Numbered from the stretch's first letter, positions 10,401-20,492 are shown. The stretch is 64,000 bases of DNA from a virus (IMGVR_UViG_3300033463_000004:160001-224000); one strand, 5' to 3'. The notes: a model not told the origin generated them from the letters alone. Program-made: numbers and translations.

Positions 10401-13400
10401 ACACAACAAATCATCAGTAATTGCATATAATGTTTGTCCTTCAAAGTATTTTCCACCAATCGAAGTCATTGTATCTTCAACGGGTTCAATGTGGAATACT
10501 TGACATGGACGGAAGAACATTGTTCTTGTTGGACGATTTGATTCATCATACATCGATAACTTGTTCATTTGCTCACATGATAAATATAATTTATCAATTG
10601 GACCTTGTAATTCGTATCTGTATGGTGAGCAATATTCAGATGTATGTGTAATTGGTGAAAAATGATTTCCACATAATAATTCATAATGCAATTCGGCATG
10701 ACGTGTTTGGATGATATTTCCATCACCATTTACGTCAAATGATTCATGTACATTCTGAACATCAATTGGAATATTTTGTGTATTCAGGAAACGCTCAATA
10801 TTATTTCTGATATCAGAGGATAAACCAACCTTTGTGAATGTGACTGGGATATCTGTAAATGTTTGAATTTCATTTCCATTTACATCAAATATGACAACAG
10901 AAACATTGATATCATCACCCGCGCAGAATGCATTTTCACATGTAGGAATGAGATCTGTGACATAATATGTTGAACCAGAATTATCATATTTCACTTGTGC
11001 AAGAATTGCAAATGTCTTATCAGTAAATTGACGAATTGGGAATGCAACATGTGGAAGATTCGATGATAACTGGATTTCAGCATATGCAGGTTTTGCATTG
11101 AGAGTTTGTGTAAACGATATCTTGTTCATAACATAATAATCGAAAATGCAATTATTCATGACATCGTCACAATAATCGATTAATATGTCAAAATATGTTG
11201 TTTGTAATGTTGTCAATAATGAATCTAAGAATGGTTGAACTTGACTGATTCGAGTTTGTGCAATCATACGACATGCAAGAAAATCTCGAACTGTTGCAAT
11301 GATATAAGAATCAGTATATGGTCTATTTGGATTATTTGACAAATAATCTGTCAGGTGTTCCATTGTTTCGACATCAATATTTTCTAACCATTCTGCATAT
11401 TGATACAGACCCATACCCTGATTCAATTGCTTTAATTGAATATATAACCGGCGAACATTTCGAATTGCATATCGATCAAATCCTGTATTCTCATGTAATT
11501 TGCGAATTACTGTCAATAATTTGTCCGTTGTCGTGAATATTGTTTTGTCAGGTTGTCCATGTGTAACAACAGTTCCTTTCACATAATACAATAACGTATC
11601 CAATTCATTCATTTTGAAATAAACTGGGTTTGATTCATGTGCAACAGAACAATATTCAATCACAGTTGATGCATTCTGTCCATAAACTTGTAAATTGTCG
11701 CCACGTTGTTCCAGATAATTTTGAATATCATCACAACGTTTTTCAACTGTATGTTTGATTGATTTGATAGTTGTTTGTGTATTCCACATAGAAACATAGT
11801 TTGTTGTTAATACAGAAATTCCATCATATAATTCAGATACCAAGATTGAAATCATTGATGCAAGTTGTGCGTCATCATAATACGTTGTGATCGGTTGTGT
11901 TCCCATGACACTAAGGATATTATTATATTTCAAATAGTATTCCGTATCAAGACCATCTGACGTCAACATATAAAACGGAGATTGTGATTGATACACATTG
12001 AATGTGAACGGGTAACGAATGACATCTTGCGATGAAGGTTCATATGCAACGAATGTTGATGGATTCAATGGGAATTGAATTCCATTGAATACTGATAAAT
12101 CAGAAATATCTGGCATAGATGAAATGGAACGATCTGTTGACAATGTTGCTTGCGGAGAATATGAAATAACAGAATAATTGATCAATTCCTTTTCTAAATC
12201 ATGATTCAATTCATTCAATTTCAAATCAGAATAACGTGGATAAAATTCTTTATCCGTAATCATATGCAACAAATAGGATTGCATCCGATTTTTATTCCGA
12301 TAGAACAATGATAAAGTATAGAATAAGAAATTGATTGTAAATGGCGCTCGAATGGATTGCTCGGTATAATCTTGAATATTATCCGAAGTAACATTTGACA
12401 ATTCATAATTTACTTCAGAAGCATAATCCAAGAAGATATCACCATCCAACTTCCGTTTCATGACTTTTGTGATGATAGATAACTCGGTTGATTCATCATG
12501 TATCCGATAAAACATATGAGACAGTTTCAACAGACGATTTGATACGTCCCAATACCGAATGTATCCCATGTGTTTATCGACTTCTTTTGTGAACAAATCA
12601 AAATCAATCAGTTCATCGTCTGTCATTGTAATCATTTCACGTTCTGATGGATTCTCTGTATCTGTATACAGGAACATGAACTTGAACAGTTCATCACCAT
12701 TCAGATCGGATGAAATATAAAATGTATTATCAATTCCATGGAAATGTTCAATCTTTGGATAATCAAATACCCAGCAACCATCTTCATCTGTATTGTATTT
12801 CAGAACAATCAAACATTGTTCGGATACAGGACGATTCACGCAATTTGTAGATTGTGGAAAGTAATCCGGAAGTTTGATTTTTCCGAATGTAGAAAATGGA
12901 GGTTGTTGTAATGGTGTACAAATCTTTTTCACAAAGATTTTGAAATTGTCACCATATAACAGATCAAATTCAGAAGGTGTTTCTTGAATACTTCTGAAAT
13001 TCGGTTGTGCATTTGATAATACATAGAAACGTTCGATTTCTTTACGGAAGTATTGAATCAAATCCATTGGAATTAATGTTGTCATCATTGCACCGTTTGC
13101 ATAGTTTGTATATGCACGATATAAAGTATTATAAATATTCCGAGATAAATCCAATACATTTTCTTGATACCATTCCGACAACGGTTGACCTGGTGTTACT
13201 GGTGGATTACTATTATTCCGATTTTCACCCAATACTTTTATTTTCAATCGAACAGATTCAAGATCCATATCAACGTTCGCGCATTTTGTAATGATTGCAT
13301 GACGATCGTCATCTTCGTTAACACGGGTTAACGATATTGGAGGAGTACAGATTGGAAGTTTGTCATCTGCTTTGGTATCTTGTAAAACAATACGTTTCGC

Positions 13401-14444
13401 ATCACCATTATCGATGTGATCATATTTATCATTATACACATATTTCGCAGACATCATGTCATAATAATTTACAGCAGGGAAAATACCCGGTACTTCACGT
13501 AAATACTTAATGACATAGATACGGAATTTCGTTGTTTCCGATTTGTAATTCTGCAAATCAGTGATGGTTTTTGTTTGGATATTCGGAATTAATAAACCTT
13601 CTCTTGTGAAATATCCAAAGTTTGGTGCAATATTAACTTCCTTTCGGAAATTGATATCAGATATTTGAACGATACAATTCTTACCAATCAAACTCATATC
13701 ATCAATTCCAAGTTCCGAAAAAGTAAATGTATGGTCTTGTCGAATGATTGATGTTGGCACGTTTGCTTCCAATACAGAAGATTCATCCAATTTCATAATC
13801 ATGAATTCGACATCAGAAGAATACCGCCATCCAATTTTAAATCGGAAACCTTGTTCAGATATACCAACATACCAATCATCTGACATATAACCATTTGTGC
13901 AACAGATGATTGTGAATCCTAAAATTCGTGAGATTTCATTTGATAAAAATCTATCTGCTGGCATAAAGTATCTGCTTTCCGTTTCATAAAAAGCATGTAA
14001 TTTTTGGCGAACAAATTCGTCACGTTCGCCAAAATGCATTTGTGCAAAAGGTACATCAATGATGTAATAATGTGCATATTTATCTTGCGAAACGTGTTTC
14101 TTATCATCATACCGATATTTTGCAATAACACAATGGGTGTTTACCATCATATTACCCATTGCATTTTGTAATGTCATTCGATATGTTTCAATCAAAGATT
14201 GATCAATATCTTCAAATGTATAATTCGATTTCTGCATCAAATCATACAATTGTTGAAATCCTGTATAATTTCCGATAACATTGTATGGTTGCTCATCCAA
14301 TAATGATGACATGGTATCTACAAGTTTTGAATATCGGTCATTGATCGTCTCCCATTTTGTATCATTATATCCCTTTGGACCTTTCGTTCCAGTGAGATAT
14401 TCATGATATTTATAGAACCAATCATTGTAGTTCATAATACTCAT
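7479..14444 (-). CDS. very large virion structural (tail/baseplate-type) protein
   Basis: 2321-aa ORF with late promoter and AAAGGAG RBS; C-terminal PLS...YEFWVNGR motif as in jumbo-phage structural proteins. Confidence 0.6.
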   Translation of the reverse strand: MSIMNYNDWFYKYHEYLTGTKGPKGYNDTKWETINDRYSKLVDTMSSLLDEQPYNVIGNYTGFQQLYDLMQKSNYTFEDIDQSLIETYRMTLQNAMGNMMVNTHCVIAKYRYDDKKHVSQDKYAHYYIIDVPFAQMHFGERDEFVRQKLHAFYETESRYFMPADRFLSNEISRILGFTIICCTNGYMSDDWYVGISEQGFRFKIGWRYSSDVEFMIMKLDESSVLEANVPTSIIRQDHTFTFSELGIDDMSLIGKNCIVQISDINFRKEVNIAPNFGYFTREGLLIPNIQTKTITDLQNYKSETTKFRIYVIKYLREVPGIFPAVNYYDMMSAKYVYNDKYDHIDNGDAKRIVLQDTKADDKLPICTPPISLTRVNEDDDRHAIITKCANVDMDLESVRLKIKVLGENRNNSNPPVTPGQPLSEWYQENVLDLSRNIYNTLYRAYTNYANGAMMTTLIPMDLIQYFRKEIERFYVLSNAQPNFRSIQETPSEFDLLYGDNFKIFVKKICTPLQQPPFSTFGKIKLPDYFPQSTNCVNRPVSEQCLIVLKYNTDEDGCWVFDYPKIEHFHGIDNTFYISSDLNGDELFKFMFLYTDTENPSEREMITMTDDELIDFDLFTKEVDKHMGYIRYWDVSNRLLKLSHMFYRIHDESTELSIITKVMKRKLDGDIFLDYASEVNYELSNVTSDNIQDYTEQSIRAPFTINFLFYTLSLFYRNKNRMQSYLLHMITDKEFYPRYSDLKLNELNHDLEKELINYSVISYSPQATLSTDRSISSMPDISDLSVFNGIQFPLNPSTFVAYEPSSQDVIRYPFTFNVYQSQSPFYMLTSDGLDTEYYLKYNNILSVMGTQPITTYYDDAQLASMISILVSELYDGISVLTTNYVSMWNTQTTIKSIKHTVEKRCDDIQNYLEQRGDNLQVYGQNASTVIEYCSVAHESNPVYFKMNELDTLLYYVKGTVVTHGQPDKTIFTTTDKLLTVIRKLHENTGFDRYAIRNVRRLYIQLKQLNQGMGLYQYAEWLENIDVETMEHLTDYLSNNPNRPYTDSYIIATVRDFLACRMIAQTRISQVQPFLDSLLTTLQTTYFDILIDYCDDVMNNCIFDYYVMNKISFTQTLNAKPAYAEIQLSSNLPHVAFPIRQFTDKTFAILAQVKYDNSGSTYYVTDLIPTCENAFCAGDDINVSVVIFDVNGNEIQTFTDIPVTFTKVGLSSDIRNNIERFLNTQNIPIDVQNVHESFDVNGDGNIIQTRHAELHYELLCGNHFSPITHTSEYCSPYRYELQGPIDKLYLSCEQMNKLSMYDESNRPTRTMFFRPCQVFHIEPVEDTMTSIGGKYFEGQTLYAITDDLLCIFPIIITKIDHSIERGFIEAKVDMQHTKWTETNDIDVIHKYLTTNIDCNIADDNIRNFLDEFSDYTIDVSDPIPGDPPSVQSKSDDIYEKLAEMFGEDGVPNRFHVDDNLHHHFVYIGSADIMTDDAFIELNMINHNFNTYTLPELYTVLRTEPDDHQIWDKEKEVFQQQSILAMTKVREYDARIYALYEQMAEATTEEEKRSIRIQIEECELKKNYWYAHRLRMDEYEAQLESPTTWYNVRAYDDALVYINNGRAHLSRTFHPYVMDLLYSDKMQVLLYDWEHKEWIDPSAYYIETTVENGIHLNDCNDSDTDNVMTSMTIIFNDTYFRSKRLLIYFVYESSDVYSEIELHDMNCVARFQPVISVYADDPNKQNDQYESIRIRKHYDESEIYRSSKLKPLPESFGPVNGFTFDRPSRSGYYTTGSPIRFGDLRFYTENNTYTYQDFDVYIKKPVIDTSIDQKIIDVSYNVSVMHAAENMEAGHVITLISVNDDEFSSFDKTASSVMFTAITTDEGIQIQQSTIQTNDTHDYVCTIIPDESHPIIGGVYIVSVSSTTTTDANNGDWIKLHDISEQGISLLAYRLIPNEVALLPHSGVDLSQFLYLELGNLYQLDTFHDVSEDNTNEDDLYVYYYDKENDIKYPIGNVLTNTSNKRLTIDLTTNTNVDTIRSNHIGICRYATQKIPSDGVVDLTGLIPTPLSRDRYEFWVNGRYVSDPSQIIILSPTSFQLRNMTSLKNLDVVELVDDISINAINRIGNAYVDFDGNIYTSYLDVLKHRADIVDQSIGFIFNQSQKTPLDTYLYDDIRVANNHDYETDIMSYIQSPEITSYNQLHNIPTINSVSLFNLTSTNLGLQEIKNEQLLKAYDKTWKLEGLNGITPFKHLSAYIDTIGKNQILHVQKVEDGYEIYTTGLSDECFTLYISTSKTGKIDEITKTKQIIPMIRPGTRIIVSDTFDGMWIHSTLPNVEPIQIK

Positions 14445-14468
14445 ACGAGTACGCTCCTTTCATTTAGA

Positions 14469-14483
14469 GTTACAGAACCGTTT
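14469..14483 (-). promoter_or_regulatory. putative late promoter
   Basis: AAACGGTTCTGTAAC. Confidence 0.6.
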
Positions 14484-14485
14484 GA

Positions 14486-14506
14486 TGTGGGGCACATAGC
14501 CCCACA
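14486..14506. terminator. hairpin insulating divergent promoters
   Basis: TGTGGGGC-ACATA-GCCCCACA. Confidence 0.55.
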
Positions 14507-14514
14507 AAATCGCG

Positions 14515-14544
14515 ATTTTCATATATATATTATTATTATGAATA
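14515..14544 (+). promoter_or_regulatory. putative early promoter, 30 bp identical to 62226-62255 (minus)
   Basis: ATTTTCATATATATATTATTATTATGAATA present twice; AT-rich like AR9-type early promoters. Confidence 0.65.
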
Positions 14545-14581
14545 AAAGAAATCCATGGTGGATCGAAAGGAGATGATAGAT

Positions 14582-14638
14582 ATGAGTGAAATCGTAATTA
14601 TCACCATCCCTGTAGACACTGAAATCATCTGTGAATGA
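14582..14638 (+). CDS. 18-aa peptide MSEIVIITIPVDTEIICE
   Basis: GAAAGGAG RBS; homologous peptide at 33329-33388. Confidence 0.6.
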   Translation: MSEIVIITIPVDTEIICE

Positions 14639-14781
14639 TAATGTGTGACGAGTCCCCAATTTAACTCGGAACGTCAGAAACCATGAATTTCTAATATTCA
14701 TTATAAGAAGGGTAAGAAACCCTAAAACAATTAAATCCCTCACGCCACGAGGGATGCAACAGAATCAAGGAGGAACTTATT

Positions 14782-15369
14782 ATGAAAGATTACAAAAGAG
14801 AACTGAGTTTTGCAGAAGACCGTCTGCAAAAATACGTCGCAAAACGAGATGAAATAATCTCGCTTTATGGAGCAACATTTGTACCGAAAGAGCTCGAGAA
14901 TACGATTATCGAAGCTCAAAACGAAGCATATGCCGCAAAAGCGGCATATGAAGCACAGTTGTTAACCAACAGCAATTGTGCTACTGTAAGAGCAAATACT
15001 AAAATCGATCGTTTAGTATTCGCTCGAAACAATGTTGAATTCTATCGCTCGCGGAAGAGCGATGGTTCATCATGGGGTATCGCGTTTATCAGTACTGATA
15101 AACGAGTTGATTGTTGCATCATGATGTCGGAGACATCCGGCAGCGCAACAATTCTCAGCTTCAACCCGGCTGAGAAAACAATTTTAAACGAATATGTTAT
15201 CGACATCGACAACGCCAGAGCACATGAAGACCTTTGGTCTGTCATGTGCACCGCAGGTTTCGATTACCTGCAAGAGGCTGAATTGAAATATATTCAGACT
15301 CAAATTTTAACCGAGCTTAAAAACCTCGGTTATACAGAGCAGGGTCTGCGACTCTGCAAAGAATTCTAA
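14782..15369 (+). CDS. hypothetical early protein (N-terminal coiled coil)
   Basis: 195-aa ORF, AAGGAGG RBS. Confidence 0.7.
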   Translation: MKDYKRELSFAEDRLQKYVAKRDEIISLYGATFVPKELENTIIEAQNEAYAAKAAYEAQLLTNSNCATVRANTKIDRLVFARNNVEFYRSRKSDGSSWGIAFISTDKRVDCCIMMSETSGSATILSFNPAEKTILNEYVIDIDNARAHEDLWSVMCTAGFDYLQEAELKYIQTQILTELKNLGYTEQGLRLCKEF

Positions 15370-15398
15370 AAAATAAAAAAAAAAGAAGGAGACAGAAA

Positions 15399-15602
15399 AT
15401 GAATAAACAATTTATCGAGTATGTGCGGGCATACATGCCCGTACATACAGTAGTAAAATGTAATGGTGAAAGAATCACCATTACCGATGCAGCCGTTGAT
15501 CGACAGATAATTATCGATATCAACGGAAATATTATCAGAAACGACGGGGTTCGTCCTATCGTTTCAGAAATGATCACAGTGCTCACAAGAGCACTGCAAT
15601 AA
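15399..15602 (+). CDS. hypothetical protein
   Basis: 67-aa ORF, AAGGAG RBS. Confidence 0.6.
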   Translation: MNKQFIEYVRAYMPVHTVVKCNGERITITDAAVDRQIIIDINGNIIRNDGVRPIVSEMITVLTRALQ

Positions 15603-15682
15603 AAAGTATGAGCTGGCTGCAGTAAGGCATTCAGTGCCTACAGATTCCTGCAGCCGGCGAAAAATAAAACAGGAAGTGGTAA

Positions 15683-15711
15683 AATAAGCGGGGCTTTAGG
15701 CCCCGCTTATT
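15683..15711. terminator. bidirectional terminator
   Basis: AATAAGCGGGGC-TTTAG-GCCCCGCTTATT between convergent genes. Confidence 0.75.
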
Positions 15712-15720
15712 ATTATTTTT

Positions 15721-18700
15721 TTATTGACCGTTCCATGTTTTTGCAATTTGACGCTTGAGATTAATCAAGACTTTATTTGCAGCAGCTGTTAATACAACAG
15801 ATGGAATCATTCGCTTTAAGATACTACCTGCCGATACGAACATTGAAATCTCTTCATCAGGATCAGTTTCACCGTATGGTTCCAATCCTTCAGGAACAAT
15901 TTCAGAGATGACTTGTTTTGATGCAGCATAAACAACGCATTTATCTCCGATAGATACATCATCACTATGTTCAATGTATATTTCAACAAGAACATCACAA
16001 CGAATTCCTTTGATTGTTTGACCTGATAAAGGTTGTGTTGGTGCACTATACAATGTTCCCATTTTCATGACAGAATCATTCTTATCATATTTATCGAGAA
16101 TACGACGTTTCTGAATATTGTCTTTGAAATGTTTATCAATTATCTCAAACAATGACGGAGATAATCTGTCAAGTGGTCTGTTTGTATAAATACGAATGTC
16201 TTTTACAACTCCAGCATGTTTAGAACGAACAACACGTTTTGCAGTATCTAAACTACTACCAGCATCACGGAATGCATTCAAGAATGAGTCAACTGCTTTG
16301 TCACCAGTATCTCCCAGACCAAATACGATCAGAGGATCACCGATTTCAATTTCGTCACCAACTTGAACAATCTTTTCAATGTCATCAGTTGCTTCCAATT
16401 TTGATGCTTGACACATTGTCACGTGCGTTCCGAGTCGTTTGGACATTTTATTTGTCATAATGCCAGCATCTTCATACGTGGCATATGTTCCACAGAATGC
16501 GACTTTTGCCAATGGTCCAACATTCATTCTCACCATTCCAGAAGAATCTTTTGAGAAGAATTTGGTATGATATGCAAGAATATCATTCTTCACAAATTTG
16601 TCTCCTTTTTGGAAATTTGATACAAGTTTATTGTCGACATAGAAACCTGAACCAGGATTGAATGAATATCTGGAATTAACCGGTATTGCTTGTTTCTGTT
16701 TTGAATCATATTGTACGATCATGTATCCATCAGCGATATCGAGAACTTGACCATTCTCTTTTGCTGTTACTGCAAATTCATCTGACAAATATGACGCAGC
16801 AATCTCATCAATACCATTTGAAACAAGAACCGGTTGAGCATCGTCAACTGGTAGAATATGTCCAGTTTGTGATGTTGCGATTGCAGTACGAATTGCATCA
16901 TCATGCGTAACAGTTCCTGGTGTTAACAGTTCAGAGAATGATGCAAGTTGTAAATCGTTGAATTCTGTTTCAGATGGGTTATCTGCAACTGTATAACCAC
17001 GGACAGATGATACTTTCGGATCAACTGTAAGTTGACGCACCATACCAACATTTGCAGAGTTTGGTGTTGACATTGCCATCTTACCAATCATCGATTCATC
17101 AAATGAACGTTTTGCTTCTGTGTATGCTTTAGCTTGGTTAACACCGCCATATCCTTTTTTGGTAATAGTTTCATCTTCATGAAGTTCGATCATCGGATTC
17201 AAAGCAGATGATGTTGATACAGTTTCAGTTGCCATCAATTCATTCATGATTGCCATGCGGTTGAATACAAGTTTATTATCGCGCGTTTTTGAACCGACAG
17301 CATTGTTATACTTCGAAATTGCAACCGCGAGATGATAATGAATCATTGCAGGAATAATTTCAGAAGAACGAATTCTGTATAATGATGAATTATTTTCTGA
17401 TGTGAAATTGTTATCTGCTAACATATGTGCGGCATAAATCAACATGTCACAAATGTTATTTGGAACATGATAATGCTGACAAACATCTTCTGTGATTGCA
17501 TCTACGAAGAAATGATAATATGTGATAAATGTTGTGCGTTGTGAATATTGTTTGAAGAATAACTGATTGAAGATATCAACAAATACAGAATTGTCATCCA
17601 TAATTGTCGTCTCAAAATCAGTTGAATTGTACTGACGTGTATTGATGCGATAAAAACCATTGAAAATCAATTGGTTTAAAACCGTATTTTGTATTGCAAG
17701 TGTTCGATCCTTAAAAGGAATCTTTAAGAACCCTGGAACATTCTCTCTCGGTGCAACGTATTTATATTGTGCACCAGAACGTTTTAACAGAGAAGGCATT
17801 CCTTCCCATGCTGCAATAGCAACACCCAACGGAATCAATACACCGATCTTAATATCAGCATACATGGAAAGCTTATTGGGTTTTCCTTTTGTATATAATT
17901 GCACAATATCGGATGGTAAATATTGTGTAATGATTTCTGTAATGGATTTACCATGACGATCCAAACCGGTTTCTGTATTTAAAACAATTGGAACTTGATT
18001 TACCATTCCACAACAGAATTCATTTTCTCCAACTGTGACAAATCCGAAATCACGTTGACATTGATCGCGGTTGAAAATAATTTTACAATTTGCATCTTTA
18101 TTTTCAAACATATACCAACGACGTGCATATTCATCATATTCAATCGTCGAAACGAATCGGTTGTTTGTAACCATTGAACTTCCGTATTGAACATATGGGT
18201 TTTTACCTTTTGAATCGTTCTTTGATGCAACTGCTTTCAGCATCATTGTAATGTCAACAAGAGATTTTGTATCATATCTTGAAACTGTAATCTTGTTGTA
18301 ATTTGTTGTCAGTATTACTTTTTTCTTGTTGATTTTCAAAATCGGAATCGGGAAATCCTGTTTTCCAATATTATAATATGAACCGTTATAAAGAAAACGT
18401 CCGTTGTTCATCACAGGAACAACGATGTCAATATGTGATTGTGAACCAGACCGTTTATTCTTTAAATGTACACGCCAATTATGCATCAATGATATTGGTG
18501 TTGATATATCTGTCACATCAATCTTTGTAACATTAAATCCTTCCGGAAGTTTCTGTAATGTCATGAATGTGGATATAATGTCTTGATCCATCATATTCTC
18601 TTCGTATGCTTGCGCAATTTTTGGAAATGATGTACCACGTTGTGCTCCAGGATTCAATGTTGTAATCTTCGCAGGTTTAATTGGTTCTGGTAACGGGATA

Positions 18701-19926
18701 TCTGTTACAGAACTCAACGAATTCACATTTAAGTCTTTTAATTGAATTTGACCAATATTGGAACGAAGTTGATATTCACGCGCAGATGTTGTTGTACGTA
18801 ATACAGAATCTTCATTCGTTGGTGTACGCATTGTCGCAATTGATTTTGATGCTTGATTAATCAATTGATTTTCAACGGGATTATCACCGCCAACTTCTAG
18901 ATCTGCTGCAATACGTTTATAATTTGAAACGGTTGTTTCGTTTGGAGTGATACGATGTAACAATTGTGTGTTAATATCAAATGTCTTTGCACGATAGATA
19001 CCATCTTTTTCACTACTTCCGGCAGCAATCCCAAACTTATCTTTGATTGCCTGAATCGATGATGATAACTTAGAACGTGTCCCTGATCCACCATTTGTCG
19101 GGGTTGTATCTTGTCCATTATCGTTTTCTGATGTGTTTGCATTAATAGTATCCATCATTTCATCCAACGATTCGTCTTCGTCAATCGATGACGTTGTTCT
19201 TGGACCATTAAATGGTGAACCAATTGAATGACACATTGTATTCAGATTCTCAACATCACTTTCTGATATTGACCTGAGATCCATCTTATAATCAGCAAGG
19301 GTTGATCTGAAAATAACTGTGATATCTTGTGATGTTGGTTTACCAGAACCAGAACGATATGAACCAATCAATCCATTAATCAAATCTGATTTAACCGTTT
19401 CTTCTGAATCATAAATCTTATACCGATCCGTATTTACAATCAGAATCTTTTTCTTTGCACCGGTAAACTGCTGCATCAATGTTGACATCATTTGCGGTGC
19501 ATTTCGTTCAATATATTCTGCAGATAATGATTTCAATGATTGATTTAAATAACGCATCACATCAGACATTGAAATATATACGTCATCCTTAGACAATTTA
19601 TTGATCGGAGGTTTTACAACTTGAATGGCAGGAATCAATTTCTGTTTCATTAAATAATCAACTTTTTTCCGATATTCACTTTCGGAAATAGAATACCGTA
19701 CATTCACGGGTCCTATTTTACTATTTAAAGAATACGGAATTATAATTTTTTTAATTACACGAGGTGGCGGCATTTTCTTAATCAATTCAAGATCATATTC
19801 ATACGAACCTGATACCAAGAAAACCGCCACGTCTTCCGTATCTTTTGGAAGCGTATAAATCGAGCGTGATGCTTGAAAATTCTTTCCAGTGGAAAGATCA
19901 GTTGCTTCCTGATATAAAAAAGACAT
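15721..19926 (-). CDS. multisubunit RNA polymerase beta-like subunit, probably virion RNAP
   Basis: motifs STPNSANVGMVRQLT, TYEDAGIM, VGDEIEIGDPL, IGDK...KQVI, SILKRMIPS; ~400-aa N-terminal extension, late promoter and YQEA motif; start MSFLYQEA after AAGGAG. Confidence 0.85.
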   Translation of the reverse strand: MSFLYQEATDLSTGKNFQASRSIYTLPKDTEDVAVFLVSGSYEYDLELIKKMPPPRVIKKIIIPYSLNSKIGPVNVRYSISESEYRKKVDYLMKQKLIPAIQVVKPPINKLSKDDVYISMSDVMRYLNQSLKSLSAEYIERNAPQMMSTLMQQFTGAKKKILIVNTDRYKIYDSEETVKSDLINGLIGSYRSGSGKPTSQDITVIFRSTLADYKMDLRSISESDVENLNTMCHSIGSPFNGPRTTSSIDEDESLDEMMDTINANTSENDNGQDTTPTNGGSGTRSKLSSSIQAIKDKFGIAAGSSEKDGIYRAKTFDINTQLLHRITPNETTVSNYKRIAADLEVGGDNPVENQLINQASKSIATMRTPTNEDSVLRTTTSAREYQLRSNIGQIQLKDLNVNSLSSVTDIPLPEPIKPAKITTLNPGAQRGTSFPKIAQAYEENMMDQDIISTFMTLQKLPEGFNVTKIDVTDISTPISLMHNWRVHLKNKRSGSQSHIDIVVPVMNNGRFLYNGSYYNIGKQDFPIPILKINKKKVILTTNYNKITVSRYDTKSLVDITMMLKAVASKNDSKGKNPYVQYGSSMVTNNRFVSTIEYDEYARRWYMFENKDANCKIIFNRDQCQRDFGFVTVGENEFCCGMVNQVPIVLNTETGLDRHGKSITEIITQYLPSDIVQLYTKGKPNKLSMYADIKIGVLIPLGVAIAAWEGMPSLLKRSGAQYKYVAPRENVPGFLKIPFKDRTLAIQNTVLNQLIFNGFYRINTRQYNSTDFETTIMDDNSVFVDIFNQLFFKQYSQRTTFITYYHFFVDAITEDVCQHYHVPNNICDMLIYAAHMLADNNFTSENNSSLYRIRSSEIIPAMIHYHLAVAISKYNNAVGSKTRDNKLVFNRMAIMNELMATETVSTSSALNPMIELHEDETITKKGYGGVNQAKAYTEAKRSFDESMIGKMAMSTPNSANVGMVRQLTVDPKVSSVRGYTVADNPSETEFNDLQLASFSELLTPGTVTHDDAIRTAIATSQTGHILPVDDAQPVLVSNGIDEIAASYLSDEFAVTAKENGQVLDIADGYMIVQYDSKQKQAIPVNSRYSFNPGSGFYVDNKLVSNFQKGDKFVKNDILAYHTKFFSKDSSGMVRMNVGPLAKVAFCGTYATYEDAGIMTNKMSKRLGTHVTMCQASKLEATDDIEKIVQVGDEIEIGDPLIVFGLGDTGDKAVDSFLNAFRDAGSSLDTAKRVVRSKHAGVVKDIRIYTNRPLDRLSPSLFEIIDKHFKDNIQKRRILDKYDKNDSVMKMGTLYSAPTQPLSGQTIKGIRCDVLVEIYIEHSDDVSIGDKCVVYAASKQVISEIVPEGLEPYGETDPDEEISMFVSAGSILKRMIPSVVLTAAANKVLINLKRQIAKTWNGQ

Positions 19927-19957
19927 ATTATCATCTCCTTGAAAGGTGGGTTTACAA

Positions 19958-20155
19958 ATGAATTCCAAACATACCTATTACCACACTTGCCCATATTGTG
20001 GTGCAAATCTTGATCCTAATGAATCATGTGACTGTCAGTATGAAGTTACAGAAAAGTCTGAGGAAAGTAAAGTGAATAATTCAGATGTATTCTCAAACAA
20101 ACGATCTTCGTTTTGTGACAATGGAAGATATCACAGGAATGAAGGAAGAACTTAA
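19958..20155 (+). CDS. small Cys-rich (CPxCGANLDPxExCDC) protein
   Basis: zinc-ribbon-like motif; GAAAGGTGG RBS. Confidence 0.6.
   Translation: MNSKHTYYHTCPYCGANLDPNESCDCQYEVTEKSEESKVNNSDVFSNKRSSFCDNGRYHRNEGRT
20045..20059 (-). promoter_or_regulatory. putative late promoter for the RNAP gene, inside the opposite ORF
   Basis: AGACTTTTCTGTAAC matches the 1881 and 14469 motifs. Confidence 0.5.
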
Positions 20156-20345
20156 TTACGTGATATACAATACAAATCTTCCAACTGAACGACGTACAAT
20201 GCTTTTTCAAGCTTATATGTCAAAAAAATATCCACACAAATTCTCAAAACAAGAATTGGAACATTTGATGTCTTTTGACATGTTCCATTTAAAAGATTTC
20301 ATTCAAACTGCCCGGAAATATATTGGTCTTCCGGAACGTACCTAA
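20085..20345 (+). CDS. hypothetical protein
   Basis: 86-aa ORF. Confidence 0.5.
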   Translation: MYSQTNDLRFVTMEDITGMKEELNYVIYNTNLPTERRTMLFQAYMSKKYPHKFSKQELEHLMSFDMFHLKDFIQTARKYIGLPERT

Positions 20346-20353
20346 ACGTAATT

Positions 20354-20492
20354 TCAGAATGGTCAACCATGGGTATGTAAACCTCCTTTCTTAATAAAGT
20401 CTATTCGGTACCTCCTGCTTGGCAACAGAATTTCGGGTGTTCGGTCATCATAAACTTGCGTACTGGGCCACGCAAGTTATTGACCATTCTGA
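20354..20492. ncRNA. candidate structured RNA
   Basis: 13-bp terminal inverted repeat TCAGAATGGTCAA/TTGACCATTCTGA; internal AACTTGCGT/ACGCAAGTT hairpin. Confidence 0.5.

Noticed and set aside
20420-20455. Hammerhead ribozyme (minus strand UGAUGA...GAAA)
   Set aside because: The core lacks the C of CUGAUGA, and stem II does not form
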